Below, one piece after another: positions 20,436 to 30,651 of a stretch of DNA of 64,000 bases. Both the position numbers and the translations under genes were made by a program. The notes below the pieces were generated by a model. That model did no database searches. It was not told where the DNA came from and saw only the letters and a list, made by a program, of their open reading frames with translations. The number at the start of each line of letters is the position of its first letter. Positions within the stretch are counted from its first letter, which is position 1. The stretch is taken from contig JBBAPZ010000005.1 in the NCBI GenBank assembly GCA_040400605.1, positions 82,970 to 146,969 on the forward strand, read 5' to 3'. Source of the stretch: Candidatus Sericytochromatia bacterium. GTDB taxonomy: Bacteria > Cyanobacteriota > Sericytochromatia > S15B-MN24 > JAQBPE01.

Positions 20436-21707
20436 TCAGGTTTCACTGGATGGGTCATAGCGTCTGAAGATGAGGCTCGCGTTGTGACCGCCAAAGCCCA
20501 TGCTGTTGCTCAGCGCAAATTGAATCGAACCAGCCCGTGCGTGGTGTGGGATGTAGTCGAGGTCACATAACGGGTCCGGTTCATCGAGGTTGATGGTGGG
20601 GGGGATGATCTGATCCCTTAAGCAGAGGATGGTGGCGATCGCCTCAACCGCTCCCGCCGCCCCAATCAAATGGCCAATCATTGACTTGATGGAGGACACC
20701 GCCAATCGGGCCGCGTGGTCGCCAAAAACCTGTTTGATTGCCAGCGTTTCGCTGTGATCATTCAACATTGTTCCCGTTCCGTGCGCGTTGATGTAGTCGA
20801 CTTGTGACGGCTCAATTGACGCCTGAGTCAAGCCCAGGCGCATGGCTCGTTGGCAACCGTCCGCGTCAGGCGGTGGCTGGGTCATGTGATAGGCGTCGCC
20901 GGTGGCGCCGTAGCCGACAATCTCGGCCAGGATGGGGGCGTGACGGGCGCGAGCACGTGCCAGACATTCGAGCACCAGCACGCCGGCACCTTCGCCCATC
21001 ACGAACCCGTCACGATCCTTGGCGAAGGGACGAGATGCTTTGGTTGGATGACCTTGATAGGTTGAGAGTGCGCGGGCGGAGGCGAAGGCCGCGATGCCCA
21101 GTGGTGTGATCACAGCTTCCGCACCGCCTGCGAGCATGGCATCCGCTCGGCCATCCAGAATGGCTTGATAGGCTTCACCGATCGCATGGGTGCCGGATGC
21201 ACAGGCCGTCACCGTACACAGATTGATGCCCCGCGCGCCGGTACTGATGGCAACCTGCCCACTCGCCATGTTGGGAATCAAAAGCGGTACCGTAAACGGG
21301 TTGACCCGCTGAGGACCCCGGTCGCGCAGCACGGCCACCTGCTCTTCGATGACGCCCAATGCACCCATGCCAGACCCAATGTTGATGCCGATAACATGGC
21401 AGTTTGCTGGCGTGATGTCCAATTGCGCATTTTTAAGTGCTTCACGCGCCGCAGCTACCGCAAACTGGGTAAACCGTGCCATTCGACGTGCCTCTTTGCG
21501 ATCCGGTATATGCGCATCCGCATCGAAATCCTTGACCTCAGCAGCAATCTGAACGGGAAATGCCGACGCGTCAAACAAGGTGATCGGACCCACACCACTG
21601 CGTCCCGCAAGCAAACCTTGCCAAAAGGTCTCGACATTCAACCCAATGGGGGTGACCGCACCCAGGCCGGTGACCACGACCCGCTTCGGTTGTGTTCCTC
21701 TGACCAT
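20436..21707 (-). CDS. fabF: 3-oxoacyl-ACP synthase II
   Basis: RVVVTGLG, TACASGTHAIG, INAHGTGT, KSMIGHLIGAAG, SNSMGFGGHN. Confidence 0.95.
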   Translation of the reverse strand: MVRGTQPKRVVVTGLGAVTPIGLNVETFWQGLLAGRSGVGPITLFDASAFPVQIAAEVKDFDADAHIPDRKEARRMARFTQFAVAAAREALKNAQLDITPANCHVIGINIGSGMGALGVIEEQVAVLRDRGPQRVNPFTVPLLIPNMASGQVAISTGARGINLCTVTACASGTHAIGEAYQAILDGRADAMLAGGAEAVITPLGIAAFASARALSTYQGHPTKASRPFAKDRDGFVMGEGAGVLVLECLARARARHAPILAEIVGYGATGDAYHMTQPPPDADGCQRAMRLGLTQASIEPSQVDYINAHGTGTMLNDHSETLAIKQVFGDHAARLAVSSIKSMIGHLIGAAGAVEAIATILCLRDQIIPPTINLDEPDPLCDLDYIPHHARAGSIQFALSNSMGFGGHNASLIFRRYDPSSET

Positions 21708-22166
21708 TTACAATGTCACCATCAGTGATTATCAGCCTCTATACCCACCGGTTGTCGCCACGCAACGTGTCGTGTGAGACGTGAGCGGCCACGCGCGCTG
21801 GGGTGATGTGCCATGCGCAGCTTACCACGGTCGAATCAAGCGACACCAGTCGGTTTTGCCGCGGCACAAATCATGGTCAGATGCTGACGTTCTAAAAAAG
21901 GAATCCAGTCAGCGCAAGTGTTCATTCAAAGACGTTCAGACAATGTTTTTGGCACTGTGACGGGTATTTTTGGTTTTTCACGACGGGTTGAGCAGATGTT
22001 ATGACCACCGTGGCTGCTTGAGGGTTGCGTTTGTTGCGTGGGTGGCCAAGGTTTTGAATCCGGTGGGTTACCTTTGTTGGCTTGGCGATCGCCTGTCGGC
22101 GATTGTAGTAAAATCATGTGAGGTGTGGGGGCGATCGCTCCCACCAACGGATAAGGAGGCGCCAAC

Positions 22167-22700
22167 ATGTTTTCGCTCTTTCAGTCTTCAAAAGACCCTC
22201 AGGCGGCTGCGCGGAGCGCCTACGAGTTTTCTTTCAAAACCTTGGGTGCTGGCGAAACATTGCCGCTGAAGCAATTTGCCGGCCAAGTCATACTGGTCGT
22301 GAACACCGCGTCAAAATGCGGGCTCACGCCACAGTACAAAGCGCTGGAAGAACTGTATTTGACCCATCGTGATCAGGGTTTGGTGGTGCTAGGCGTGCCA
22401 AGCAATGATTTTTTGGGGCAGGAGCCAGGCAGTGATGCTGACATTGCCGCATTTTGTGAGCGGCGGTTTGGCGTGACCTTTCCGCTTGCTTCGAAGGAAC
22501 GGGTGGTAGGAGATGATGCGCACCCGTTTTATGTCTGGGCGCGCCAGGTCTTCGGATTTTTGGGTGTTCCGCGTTGGAACTTTCACAAGTATCTGATCAA
22601 CCGACAAGGGCACCTGGTTGATTTTTTTGTGCCCACGACCGGTCCGGATAGTGCGCGGGTGAAAGAGGCGATCGAAAAAGCCTTGGCGGAAGCACCTTGA
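22167..22700 (+). CDS. Glutathione peroxidase family protein (Cys type)
   Basis: VVNTASKCGLTPQY, LGVPSNDF.GQEPG, PRWNFHKYLI. Confidence 0.93.
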   Translation: MFSLFQSSKDPQAAARSAYEFSFKTLGAGETLPLKQFAGQVILVVNTASKCGLTPQYKALEELYLTHRDQGLVVLGVPSNDFLGQEPGSDADIAAFCERRFGVTFPLASKERVVGDDAHPFYVWARQVFGFLGVPRWNFHKYLINRQGHLVDFFVPTTGPDSARVKEAIEKALAEAP

Positions 22701-24232
22701 CGACTCTGCGTCTGGTTTTGGGTGATCAGTTGTCTGCTGATCTCGCCACGTTGCATGATTACCACACCGACGATGTCGTACTCATGTGTGAGGTCTCAGA
22801 TGAAACCACCTACGTGAAGCATCATCCCAAAAAAATCGCGTTTGTCCTTGCGGCCATGCGCCATTTTGCGGCTGAGTTGGCCTCGCGGGGTTGGCAGCTC
22901 CGTTACGTTACGCTGACGGATCCCGCGAACACGGGCAGCTTCACGGGGGAAGTGTCGCGAGCCGTACGGGATCTTGGCATCACGCATTTGATTGTCACCG
23001 AGCCTGGTGAATACAGGGTGCGTCAGATGATCGATGCCTGGTCAACATGTTTGGGCATCACGGTCGAATGCCGCGCGGATGACCGGTTTTTATGCAGCTC
23101 GGATTGGTTCAAGCGTTGGGCGCGTGGCAAAAAGCAGTTGCGGATGGAGTATTTTTATCGCGCGATGCGTGAAACCCACGGTATTTTAATGGAAGGGGAT
23201 GGTTCGCCATCGGGTGGGGCTTGGAACTACGACAAAGAGAATCGTAAGCCGCCAAAGCGCGGCTTGACCTCACCCCAGCGGCTGCAACATCCACGGAGCA
23301 CCATTTTGGACGCGGTCATCCAGTTGGTTGGGCAACGGTTCGCCGAGCACTTCGGCCAGCTCGAACCGTTTCATTTGGCCGTGACGCGCGAGCAAGCCCT
23401 GCGCGAACTGGACGACTTTGTTTCACGCATCTTGCCGCACTTTGGCGATTACCAGGATGCGATGGTGCGTGGTGAAGCGTTTCTCAATCATTCGCTCCTG
23501 TCCACCTACCTCAACGCCGGTCTGTTATTGCCCCTTGAGGTGTGCCGTCGTGCCGAACGGGCTTACCGCGAAGGCCAGGCCCCGCTACCGGCGGTGGAAG
23601 GTTTTATTCGCCAGATATTGGGTTGGCGTGAGTTTGTGCGGGGCATTTATTGGTTGCACATGCCCACTTATGGAACCCTCAACGTTTTACAGGCCGTCAG
23701 ACCGTTGCCCGATTTTTATTGGGGTGCACCAACCCATATGGCGTGTATGGCCGAAGCGGTTTCGCACACACGTATGCACGCCTATTCTCATCACATTCAG
23801 CGCTTGATGGTGACCGGCAATTTTGCATTGCTCGCAGGGTTGGATGTTAAGCAGGTTCAAGCGTGGTATCTGGCTGTATACAGTGATGCCTACGAATGGG
23901 TAGAGATGCCCAATACGCTTGGTATGGCGCTGTTCGGTGATGGGGGGATTGTGGGTAGCAAACCGTATGCGGCGAGCGGCAAGTACATCAAGAAGATGAG
24001 CAATTTTTGTGAGCAGTGTCGCTATGATCCAGACGAAACCGTGGGGGAGCTCGCTTGTCCCTTCAATGCCCTGTATTGGGATTTTATGGCGCGTCATCGT
24101 GCGCAGTTTGAGACGAATCCGCGTGTGTCGTTGGTGTTTGGCACGTGGGAGCGCATGGGTGAAACGCGCCAGGATGGGATTCGGCAGCAAGCGGCGCTGA
24201 CGCTTGAGCGGATGCAACGGGGTGAATTGTAA
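22697..24232 (+). CDS. Cryptochrome/photolyase, FeS-BCP (PhrB/CryB, bacterial 6-4 photolyase) type
   Basis: [58 protein letters not shown] (4Fe-4S cysteines). Confidence 0.92.
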   Translation: MTTLRLVLGDQLSADLATLHDYHTDDVVLMCEVSDETTYVKHHPKKIAFVLAAMRHFAAELASRGWQLRYVTLTDPANTGSFTGEVSRAVRDLGITHLIVTEPGEYRVRQMIDAWSTCLGITVECRADDRFLCSSDWFKRWARGKKQLRMEYFYRAMRETHGILMEGDGSPSGGAWNYDKENRKPPKRGLTSPQRLQHPRSTILDAVIQLVGQRFAEHFGQLEPFHLAVTREQALRELDDFVSRILPHFGDYQDAMVRGEAFLNHSLLSTYLNAGLLLPLEVCRRAERAYREGQAPLPAVEGFIRQILGWREFVRGIYWLHMPTYGTLNVLQAVRPLPDFYWGAPTHMACMAEAVSHTRMHAYSHHIQRLMVTGNFALLAGLDVKQVQAWYLAVYSDAYEWVEMPNTLGMALFGDGGIVGSKPYAASGKYIKKMSNFCEQCRYDPDETVGELACPFNALYWDFMARHRAQFETNPRVSLVFGTWERMGETRQDGIRQQAALTLERMQRGEL

Positions 24233-24375
24233 TGCCGCGTGGTGTGCAAAAGGCGCATTTACCGCAAAAGATCTGCATTGGCTGCGGGCGGCCGTTTACC
24301 TGGCGCAAAAAGTGGGCAAAAGTCTGGGATGCGGTGAAGTATTGCTCAAGGCGTTGCAGTGGCAACAAGCGCTGA
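24232..24375 (+). CDS. DUF2256 family small Cys protein (47 aa, absent from ORF track)
   Basis: Hand translation [47 protein letters not shown] overlap with the photolyase stop. Confidence 0.88.
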   Translation: MPRGVQKAHLPQKICIGCGRPFTWRKKWAKVWDAVKYCSRRCSGNKR

Positions 24376-24436
24376 AACCCTCGCTAAGGTACGCGTGTCG
24401 AGGCTATGACCACGCTGCTTGAGCGGATAGATATTT

Positions 24437-25228
24437 TTATTCCCCGGTGAAAACGGGTTTGCGTTTCTCGCGAAAGGCTGCGAGGGCTTCGAGGCGATCG
24501 CGCGTCGGGATGGTGACTTCGTAAGCTTTCGCTTCGATGGCGAGACCGGTTTCCAAGTCAACTTCCAAACCGTGGTCGATGGCAAACTTGGCTTGGGCGA
24601 TCGCAATCGGCCCCGTGTTGTCCACAATGCGCCTGGCCAATGCCCGCGCCGCATCCAACAACTCGGCAGCCGGTGCCACCTGCTCCACCAGTCCGATTTG
24701 CAATGCCTCTTGGGCGTCTACCCGGCGGCCACTAAAGATGAGTTCCTTGGCTCGGCCTTTGCCGATCAAGCGCGGCAGCCGTTGGGTACCGCCCGCACCG
24801 GGTATGATGGCAAGCGTGGTCTCCGTCAGTCCCAATTTGGCGACGTCCGCCGCCACGCGCAAGTCGCAGGCCAAGGCCAGTTCACAACCACCACCCAAAG
24901 CCACCCCATTGATGGCTGCGATCACAGGGCAAGGCAAGCGTTCAATGCGCGTCATCAACGCGCGAATGCGGCGCAAGAAGCGACGCACCTCGGATGGCGC
25001 CATCCCCGCACGTTCCTTAAGGTCCGCCCCGGCGCAGAACGCGCGATCGCCCGCTCCCGTGATGATGACCGCCCGCACATCAGGCCTGTCATACAAATCG
25101 TCAATGGCTTCGCTTAATGCGTCTAGCAAAGCCACACTCAATGCATTCATTTGCTCCGGGCGCTGCAAAGTCAAGACGGCCACCCCGTCTGCGAGATCAA
25201 CTGCCAGCGATTGCATCAGCATCTCCAT
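24437..25228 (-). CDS. Enoyl-CoA hydratase/crotonase (methylglutaconyl-CoA hydratase-like)
   Basis: AFCAGADLKER, ALGGGCELALACDLR, LTETTLAIIPGAGGTQRLPRLIG. Confidence 0.92.
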   Translation of the reverse strand: MEMLMQSLAVDLADGVAVLTLQRPEQMNALSVALLDALSEAIDDLYDRPDVRAVIITGAGDRAFCAGADLKERAGMAPSEVRRFLRRIRALMTRIERLPCPVIAAINGVALGGGCELALACDLRVAADVAKLGLTETTLAIIPGAGGTQRLPRLIGKGRAKELIFSGRRVDAQEALQIGLVEQVAPAAELLDAARALARRIVDNTGPIAIAQAKFAIDHGLEVDLETGLAIEAKAYEVTIPTRDRLEALAAFREKRKPVFTGE

Positions 25229-25237
25229 CCCAGCGCC

Positions 25238-25855
25238 CTACAAACCAACCACAATGCCTGCAACCACTGCCGGATCCTCGGCTTGCGCATCCAGCATCAC
25301 AAAAGCCAGATTAGCCTCGGGATACACCCACGCCTCGACGTTGCCCCACGGCTTTTTGATTGGCGGCACACCATATTTGGCCGTAATACGAATGGCCGGA
25401 TCCAATGGCCGAATCATTCGAGCGCTCAGCTCACGCGAGGGCGCCCACACCTGAATCTGCTCCACCCGTCCAGGATTTTTCTCTACCATCGAAAAACCAA
25501 CCCGACTCGTCAAATGGGCTGCATTGTCGTGCTCATTCTCGGTAAGCTGCGACTCCGTGATCACTTCATATTCCCACCAGATGCGCCCTGCAAGCTGAAG
25601 GGATCTTGTCGGCGTACCCAAGTGACGCTTGACCGTTTCAGATTCCTGCCCCAGCGTGATACCAGCCAAGCGTGATTCGCGCTCAACCATCGGGTTGATG
25701 CGATCGCTCGCACACGCGCGCAATAACGCATACGGCGTCTCCACACGCGCCAGTTGCATGACTCGCACCAACGGCGACACATCCTTGGGCGTCCCGGCAC
25801 AACCGGCAAGCAACCCCATCACCACAGCAATCCCAACGATACGCGCGGCCATCAC
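25238..25855 (-). CDS. Hypothetical lipoprotein
   Basis: Lipobox LLAGC; overlaps the lspA stop. Confidence 0.7.
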   Translation of the reverse strand: MMAARIVGIAVVMGLLAGCAGTPKDVSPLVRVMQLARVETPYALLRACASDRINPMVERESRLAGITLGQESETVKRHLGTPTRSLQLAGRIWWEYEVITESQLTENEHDNAAHLTSRVGFSMVEKNPGRVEQIQVWAPSRELSARMIRPLDPAIRITAKYGVPPIKKPWGNVEAWVYPEANLAFVMLDAQAEDPAVVAGIVVGL

Positions 25856-26406
25856 GCATCCCCCGGCCGGGTGTCAAGCGTCGCCTCCGCTACCAAGGCA
25901 GCCTTTTCCTGACGACCCGCCATAAAACTATACAGCAACAAACACGCCACCCCAATATCAATGCAGATATCCGCAACGTTGAAAATCGGAAAAATGTTGC
26001 GGCCCCCGTACTGCAAATCAAACATGTCAATCACATAACCCAGTCGGCTACGGTCCAACAAATTCCCCAATGCACCCCCCAGCAAAAATCCCAGCCCAAT
26101 CATCTGCAACCACGCGCTGTGGCGCTCACGTATGGCGTACAACACAATGCCACAAGCCACCAAGCCCGCAATTCCAATCAATAAATGTGTCTGCGACCAG
26201 AGCATGCTCCACGCGGCCCCAAAATTGCGCGTGTAGGTCAAGGCGAAATACCCCGGTATAAGCGGAATCGACGGATAGTGTAAAGCCATGTTGTTAATGA
26301 CCCAAAACTTGAGCCACTGATCCAACCACAACGCAAGAGCAGCACACGAAAACATGCTACCCAGCTTTAATCCAGTCTTGGAAATCACCCGGAGCCCCCA
26401 CTTCAA
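25852..26406 (-). CDS. lspA: Lipoprotein signal peptidase II
   Basis: LDQWLK, RNFGAAWS, GGALGNLLDR, GYVIDM, FNVAD. Confidence 0.95.
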   Translation of the reverse strand: MKWGLRVISKTGLKLGSMFSCAALALWLDQWLKFWVINNMALHYPSIPLIPGYFALTYTRNFGAAWSMLWSQTHLLIGIAGLVACGIVLYAIRERHSAWLQMIGLGFLLGGALGNLLDRSRLGYVIDMFDLQYGGRNIFPIFNVADICIDIGVACLLLYSFMAGRQEKAALVAEATLDTRPGDA

Positions 26407-26570
26407 ACCTGCACCAACATTCTAACACAACCCCGTGTCGGCACGACGCATCAGCTTGCTGGTAATCAAGATAATATTTTTATCAGTTTTTTCGGTAAGC
26501 TTCCAAGGCGTGTGTCGGGCACGGTTTGATGCTATGAGATGTTGAATCAGCGTTTGTGTGATGTTGAACA

Positions 26571-26600
26571 GAAAAAGCCGCAGCTTGGTTGGCTGCGGCT
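26571..26600 (-). terminator. Intrinsic terminator after the sigma factor gene
   Basis: Stem AGCCGCAGC/GCTGCGGCT with a T-run on the minus strand. Confidence 0.75.
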
Positions 26601-26624
26601 GAAAAGGTTTTGCCCTGCTCAAGC

Positions 26625-27362
26625 TTAGCGCAATGGCGTGCTTGCTACGATGGTGCGGAGTTGTTTCTCGGCTTTTTTGAGGCGTCTGCAGACTTCCATT
26701 TGGGAGATTCCGAGGCGTCTTGAGAGTTCGGCTTGGGTGAGGTCGTCGAAATAGCGCATTTTGAGCAGTTCACGTTGGCCGTCTGGGAGCAGGTGCATGG
26801 CTTCGGTGAGGACAAGGCGTTCATCGCGGTCATTCACCTGAGCCAACGAAGACGATGGATCCGCCAGCGTGCTTAACAATGAACGCTGTTCGTCTTCATC
26901 GCCGTCACCGCTTTCCTGGTCAAGCCACATCACGGTCACGCGGCGATCATACACCCGCGCTTGATCGATAAGCTCCGTGGTGACATTCAGGGCCGCAGCC
27001 AATTCCTGATTGCTGGCTTCGCGGCCCAGTCTGTGCGACAACTCCTGCGTGACTTGCCGTAAGCGATAAGACAATTCCTGCAAGGCACGCGGACCCCTCA
27101 CCAGTGTCTGGCGATCGCGCAAGTAATGACGAATGTGCCCTGTGATGAAATGCACAGCATACGTCTTGAATTCTGTGTTATGTCCAAGTTCATAACGATT
27201 GATCGCCTCCAGCAAGCCAATCGAACCCACTTGAATCAAGTCATCAACGGGGTCCGTACTCCGACGAGCCAGGCCACGAGCAATCTTATGAACAAGGGGT
27301 AAGTAATCATTAACCAATCTCTCTTTGACTTTAGGACTCGCGTCAGCGTACACCTTGTTCAT
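26625..27362 (-). CDS. RNA polymerase sigma factor, SigB/SigF/SigG (group 3) family
   Basis: DDLIQVGSIGLLEAINRY, FKTYAVHFITGHIRHYLRD, LTQAELSRRLGISQMEVCR; start moved to ATG 27362 (SD AAAGGAG). Confidence 0.92.
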   Translation of the reverse strand: MNKVYADASPKVKERLVNDYLPLVHKIARGLARRSTDPVDDLIQVGSIGLLEAINRYELGHNTEFKTYAVHFITGHIRHYLRDRQTLVRGPRALQELSYRLRQVTQELSHRLGREASNQELAAALNVTTELIDQARVYDRRVTVMWLDQESGDGDEDEQRSLLSTLADPSSSLAQVNDRDERLVLTEAMHLLPDGQRELLKMRYFDDLTQAELSRRLGISQMEVCRRLKKAEKQLRTIVASTPLR

Positions 27363-27790
27363 TGAAGTCTCCTTTGATGAGCCACGATGTCCGGAATTTA
27401 ATCCGAATTTGATCCTAGCCCATTCTTGACGCTGCTTCCAGTCAAGATTTGTGAAGCAAGGTGCTTTTTTATTAAGATAGTTTAAGCATTCCGGTGAGCG
27501 ACATCCCAAGTTCCCCTGCATCGCAAGGGTTTTAGGCTGCTTTGAGCAAACAGCTCGTGAACATAAATCGAGCGTGTCATCAAACAAAGTTATTTTATGT
27601 TTAGATCCATGCTGTTTCTGGGGTTAGGGGGGGAGGTGCTCCTGATTCTGGCTGTTTGTGGCGCATTCATCATCAACGGATTGAGCCCAGTCGAGAATGA
27701 CCGACCATGAAGGGCGCACCGTCTTTCGATGGCGTTGATAAGCGTTTACAATACGTTACAGGCGTTGGACCGGGCGTTTCCGGCGGTGTG

Positions 27791-28963
27791 TTACGGTTTT
27801 TGGATTGTCACCTCGACGGTGTTGGTTTGGTTTGCTAGCAGGCTGACGGTTTGTTGTTGGGGAATGAAACCCTTTGCGCGCGTGAAAAGGGTGTAGTCGC
27901 CCGGGTTGAGATCCGGGGCACGGTAGTTACCTTCGCTGTCGGTTTTGGCGTTGATGACGGGTAGCATGTCGTTGGCTGGGACCCATTCGAGGTTTGCGCC
28001 CATAACGGGTTGATTCTGAGGGTCCGTCACGTGGCACACAACGCCTGCGCGATTGAGTTTGGGTTCAATTATTGGCAGCGATTTTTTGGGCTTGATGCGG
28101 CTTGGGGGTTCCTCTTGCGGCACTTGGTGTTGTGTTTGATCTGACACGTCTAACCTGGGGGTCGCGATGTCGCCCTGGCTGCTTGGTGTTGGTTTGCGTC
28201 GCGTTTCAGGCTGGGTGTGATCACCCGTGTGCGTGTCAGGTGGTGCCTTGGGTGACGGCTCCGCCGCTGGATGACTCGTTTCACCGGTCAGTGGGTGTGG
28301 GGCATCCTTTGGGTGAATTGTTGCACGGGGTATCGGGTGCGGGGCGCTCGTTGGAACGTTCTGCTCACGGGTAATGCTGCTGGCGTTTCTTGCTTGTGGT
28401 GGGAGTGGCAGGCCGTTGTTGTTTGGCGCGGCTTCTGGCTGGGCGAAAACGGGTAGCCCGGCGAAGGGTGATCGGGGGGCTGTTGGCGACGTTGCAAGTG
28501 GCGCGGTGTTGTCCTTTGCATTTGATTTAAGGTTTTGGATACTGGCTTGGTGGGCAGCCCAGGTTTTTTGTACGGCACGGTTGGCGCTGGAAGCATCTCG
28601 CCCGGGGCCGACCAGATGGCTGGTGCCTTTAAGGAGGAGCGGCAAGGGGCCAGAGGGTGCTTTGGGTGGCGGTGATGATGGGGCGGCGGGTGTTGGCACG
28701 GTTTCCCATGGCAGGCTTTCATTAAACAGGTTGTCCAGCGGTGTGGTGCGACGATGACGCCAGAACGTGTCGCTGCTGAGGCTGCGGGTGTCGGGTGGCG
28801 GTGGTTGGGTTGGCGGTGCGGTCGTGGTGGGTGTTGTGTCTGGATCAGACTGGGTGCCAGATTGGCCGCGCTGGCCTTGTTGGTCGTAGCGACCGATGAC
28901 CCCCTCACCGGTGAGGGGGTTGGGGCGGTTGGACGGATTGAGGGGTGTGAACTCCGTGGACAT
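27791..28963 (-). CDS. Pro/Thr-rich disordered protein with C-terminal carboxypeptidase-regulatory-like (transthyretin-like) domain
   Basis: C-terminal VTDPQNQPVMGAN...TDSEGNY....LNPGDYTL...AKGF; low-complexity N-terminus. Confidence 0.7.
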   Translation of the reverse strand: MSTEFTPLNPSNRPNPLTGEGVIGRYDQQGQRGQSGTQSDPDTTPTTTAPPTQPPPPDTRSLSSDTFWRHRRTTPLDNLFNESLPWETVPTPAAPSSPPPKAPSGPLPLLLKGTSHLVGPGRDASSANRAVQKTWAAHQASIQNLKSNAKDNTAPLATSPTAPRSPFAGLPVFAQPEAAPNNNGLPLPPQARNASSITREQNVPTSAPHPIPRATIHPKDAPHPLTGETSHPAAEPSPKAPPDTHTGDHTQPETRRKPTPSSQGDIATPRLDVSDQTQHQVPQEEPPSRIKPKKSLPIIEPKLNRAGVVCHVTDPQNQPVMGANLEWVPANDMLPVINAKTDSEGNYRAPDLNPGDYTLFTRAKGFIPQQQTVSLLANQTNTVEVTIQKP

Positions 28964-29075
28964 CAATGCGCCTCAAGTGGTCTTCGTGTGATTGCTATTC
29001 CTCATCACGAGGTCGTTTCATTCGAGTCTAGGCCCTCCACCGCGACGATTGTTCCATCGAAATGCCTGGCGGCCT
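28863..29075. repeat. 213-bp direct repeat, copy A
   Basis: Near-identical to 30551-30763 (about 8 substitutions by eye). Confidence 0.95.
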
Positions 29076-29115
29076 GCTCGACAAGCTGGTCCTCAGTGTA
29101 TGCGTTGGGGCTCAT
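29005..29115 (-). pseudogene. Truncated type I restriction subunit R-like N-terminus fused in frame to the duplicated 3' end of ORF 30693-30941
   Basis: MSPNAYTEDQLVEQAA then RHFDGTIVAVEGLDSNETTS; ATGA overlap with yhcG; YTEDQLVEQ resembles HsdR N-termini. Confidence 0.55.
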
Positions 29116-30215
29116 GCATCCTCCACTTGGGTTTCGTCTGCCAATGCCTGCTCGATTGATTCGATACTGGGCAGGCTTGTTTGCAACTCAGCCGGGAGCG
29201 CACGGGTCAGTTCAAACGCCGAGACGCCGATCGGTTTGTCGATGCCACGCAGCGCATATTCTGCCAGCACGCGATTGGGCTGTTGGCATAAAATCAGGCC
29301 AATGGTCGGTGCATCGCTCGAATGGCGCAAGTGGTCATCAACCACATTGCAGTAAAAGTTCACCTTCCCTGCGTATTCAGGTTTGAAATCGCCGCGTTTT
29401 AGATCAATCACCACAAAACACCGCAACTTCAAATGGTAGAACAACAGGTCGATATAGAAGTCTTGCCCGCCGAGATCCAAGTGGTACTGTCGGCCGACAA
29501 AAGCAAAACCTTGCCCAAGTTCAAGCAGAAACTTTTCCAGATGGACAACGAGGCCAGTCTCAAGCTCCTTTTCGTGGAAGCCTGCGGTGAGCGTGAGAAA
29601 GTCGAAAATGTACGGGTCCTTGAGCGTTTGTTGGACCAGATCGGACTCAGGCGGCGGCAAGCGCATAGCGAAGTTGCTGGTGGTCTTACCCAGCCTGTGA
29701 TGCACAGCCGACTCGATTTGCATCACCAAAATGTTGCGGCTCCAGCCATGCTCGACGGCGGCCTGCATGTACCAAAGTCGCGTTACGGGGTCTTTTACCT
29801 TAGCCATCAACTCGGCGTGATGGCCCCAGGGCAGCGCCATTAGGAGATCCGTCGAGAAAAGTGCCGCTGACTGTGGCACTTTTACAGCCGACTCCGTTTG
29901 TGCCACAGGCTGTGGCACAAAGTTCAAGTAGGAATACTCGCGGTAGAAGGCCAGCATGCGCTTGATGTTGCGCTCGGAAAACCCTTTTTCCTCAGGCAGT
30001 TCGTTATGAAGGTCGCGGGCAAGACGGGGAATCACGCCCGAGCCCCAACCTTCCTGTTGCTGGCGCTGGTGAATCAGGCCACCAATGTCCCAGTACAGGC
30101 GGATCAGCTCCGCATTCACTGCCAGTACGGCACGTGATTGGGCATACCGCACACGCGTCTTGATTTCCGCCAGCAACGGACCGTAAACAGCGGGTAAGGG
30201 GGTTGCGTCAGTCAT
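29112..30215 (-). CDS. yhcG: DUF1016/YhcG family PD-(D/E)XK nuclease-domain protein
   Basis: VNAELIRLYWDIG, GFSERN, KDPYIFDFL, FLLELGQGFAFVGRQ, IDLLFYH.KLRC, PTIGLILC. Confidence 0.93.
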   Translation of the reverse strand: MTDATPLPAVYGPLLAEIKTRVRYAQSRAVLAVNAELIRLYWDIGGLIHQRQQQEGWGSGVIPRLARDLHNELPEEKGFSERNIKRMLAFYREYSYLNFVPQPVAQTESAVKVPQSAALFSTDLLMALPWGHHAELMAKVKDPVTRLWYMQAAVEHGWSRNILVMQIESAVHHRLGKTTSNFAMRLPPPESDLVQQTLKDPYIFDFLTLTAGFHEKELETGLVVHLEKFLLELGQGFAFVGRQYHLDLGGQDFYIDLLFYHLKLRCFVVIDLKRGDFKPEYAGKVNFYCNVVDDHLRHSSDAPTIGLILCQQPNRVLAEYALRGIDKPIGVSAFELTRALPAELQTSLPSIESIEQALADETQVEDA

Positions 30216-30387
30216 AACAATGCCCTTTAGCCAGATTCGCGCCCAATTCGGAGGGGATCCAACAAACTGTCAGACGATTTTGCAAAATGTACAAGTCTTC
30301 CCTTATACCAGTGCGTCTGTTAAGTGATCAGCCAGATAGCAGCCTGCGCAACAAGTTGGCCTGCGGTGTCGGCGTGGTTCATCTTTT

Positions 30388-30651
30388 TTAGCTTCCCACG
30401 ATTGCAACAAAAAAGTCGCTATTGCTCCCGTAAGATTCACTGCCAATGCTACGCGCCTCTTCGCGGGCTTGGTTCCGGCTGAGCTTGCCCCGATTTGGTG
30501 GACAGATGATTAAGCAACTTGCCGGATGATTCCGACGTTCTTTACCACAATGGCCGCGCTGGCCTTGTTGGTCGTAGCGGCCGATGACCCCCTCACCGGT
30601 GAGGGGGTTTTGGCGGTTCGACGGATTGAGGGGGGTGAACTCCGTGGACAT
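30388..30651 (-). pseudogene. Truncated duplicate of the 5' end of 27791-28963
   Basis: First 33 aa (MSTEFTPLNPSNR.NPLTGEGVIGRYDQQGQRG) match, then unrelated sequence. Confidence 0.75.

Noticed and set aside
21945..21967. Additional SigB-like promoter (GTTTTT...GGGTAT) before gpx
   Set aside because: The spacer is about 3 nt shorter than in the other copies and no element is adjacent; left uncalled.
22167..22700. Selenocysteine glutathione peroxidase
   Set aside because: The active-site codon is TGC (Cys); no in-frame TGA.
24537..25454. Long antisense and alternate-frame ORFs (e.g. 24537-25454, 43883-44707, 49258-50109, 53919-54752)
   Set aside because: They shadow well-supported genes and have no motifs; expected in GC-rich DNA.
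27363..27587. N-terminal extensions in the track for the sigma factor, infC, speD, the oxidoreductase, AttH-like, permease and 62045-63577
   Set aside because: Better starts with SD sequences or stop/start overlaps lie downstream; the extensions overlap other genes or regulatory DNA.
29076..30550. IS or transposon carrying yhcG
   Set aside because: No transposase or terminal inverted repeats, and a 213-bp duplication is far longer than a target-site duplication.
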